Source: Lytechinus pictus (taxonomy: Eukaryota). From it: a stretch of 64,000 bases of DNA. The notes beneath the pieces were generated by a model. The model was not told the DNA's origin and did no database searches. It was given only the letters and a program-made list of their open reading frames with translations. A program made the translations under genes and the position numbers. Location of the stretch: NCBI RefSeq assembly GCF_037042905.1, contig NC_087251.1, positions 37,760,001-37,824,000 of the forward strand. The letters are read 5' to 3'. This document shows positions 63,241-64,000 of the stretch, one piece after another (positions within the stretch are counted from its first letter, which is position 1; each line of letters starts with the position of its first letter).

Positions 63241-64000
63241 TTATATTTGCCCACGCGCCATAATATTCAGAAAATTATGAAATGATATCAAATTTCTTTA
63301 TTCCTTTTACTACTTCTTTTTCTCATGATCGTGGAACTAAAATGATATTTTACTGGTGCATGGTGTGATATGACATGTGATAAGCGAGTAGGGTGAGAGA
63401 GAGTACAGCGTGTTAAGAGAGGTGGGAAGGCTACGTGGGGAGATAACGGAACAAAATATATTAGAATGCAAGATGTATGTTGAAATCATCCAAATGAAAT
63501 TATGCCGGAAGAGTAAATTGGTTACTGTGGAAGACAGATCTCAGAGCAGAAATGGATGCTTAATTTTAACGGGATTGCGTAGAAGATGAGGTGTACAAAG
63601 AGATGCTGAATAGAGTGGCTAAGAGAAAGGCGTGTGTCAATGAGAAAGTGCTAGGGATGGTAATAAATGGTGGATACAGGGATGAGGAATAGAGAAATGT
63701 TACCAAAAAAGAATAGGATCCTGAAAACAGATCATTTTCATCCAACACATATTTTTCTTTGTACATGTATATACATTTACATGAATAGTCATTAACGATA
63801 TCTGAGATTTGTGACTTTTTTTTATAGAATAAAAACATTTTCAATAGAGTTGGATTAAAAGTAACCTTTTTAAAGCTGAAATTTTCGTCGTTTTAATTCT
63901 AATTTTAATTCTGTTATTCATTTATGTTACAAACAATTAGCAAAAGAGTATCACAGAAAGTCACAAAGATCTATTTGTATCTTGTGTCACTTTTTAGTAT

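Overview
AT-rich eukaryotic DNA with spliced genes and dense repeats. The repeat repertoire is most consistent with a marine invertebrate, probably a sea urchin (inference); there are no prokaryotic operons or CRISPR arrays. Contents: (1) the last three coding exons of MRPS10 (+, 824-3680); (2) a possible 145-aa orphan ORF (-, 8626-9063); (3) a decayed multi-exon + strand gene over about 20.4-57.2 kb, invisible in the ORF track, whose phase-compatible exons encode a tyrosine-recombinase C-terminal catalytic region (..PTKNVRKTAAT / ..AEYIAMRSKTASKFY), an acidic 8-aa-repeat linker and a Ulp1/C48-like 'GHWTLL' segment; (4) within that gene, a 10.9-kb array of 186-bp repeats inserted into one arm of a Tc1-like MITE, a 29-copy 49-bp minisatellite expanded inside the recombinase exon, a dead Mutator transposase exon and a dead Harbinger-type accessory gene; (5) many, often nested, MITEs (Harbinger-, Kolobok-, hAT-, Tc1-, piggyBac-, EnSpm-, Merlin-, Crypton- and Helentron-like), LINE fragments and SINEs. 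Family assignments come from recognising motifs, TIRs and TSDs by eye, not from database searches.
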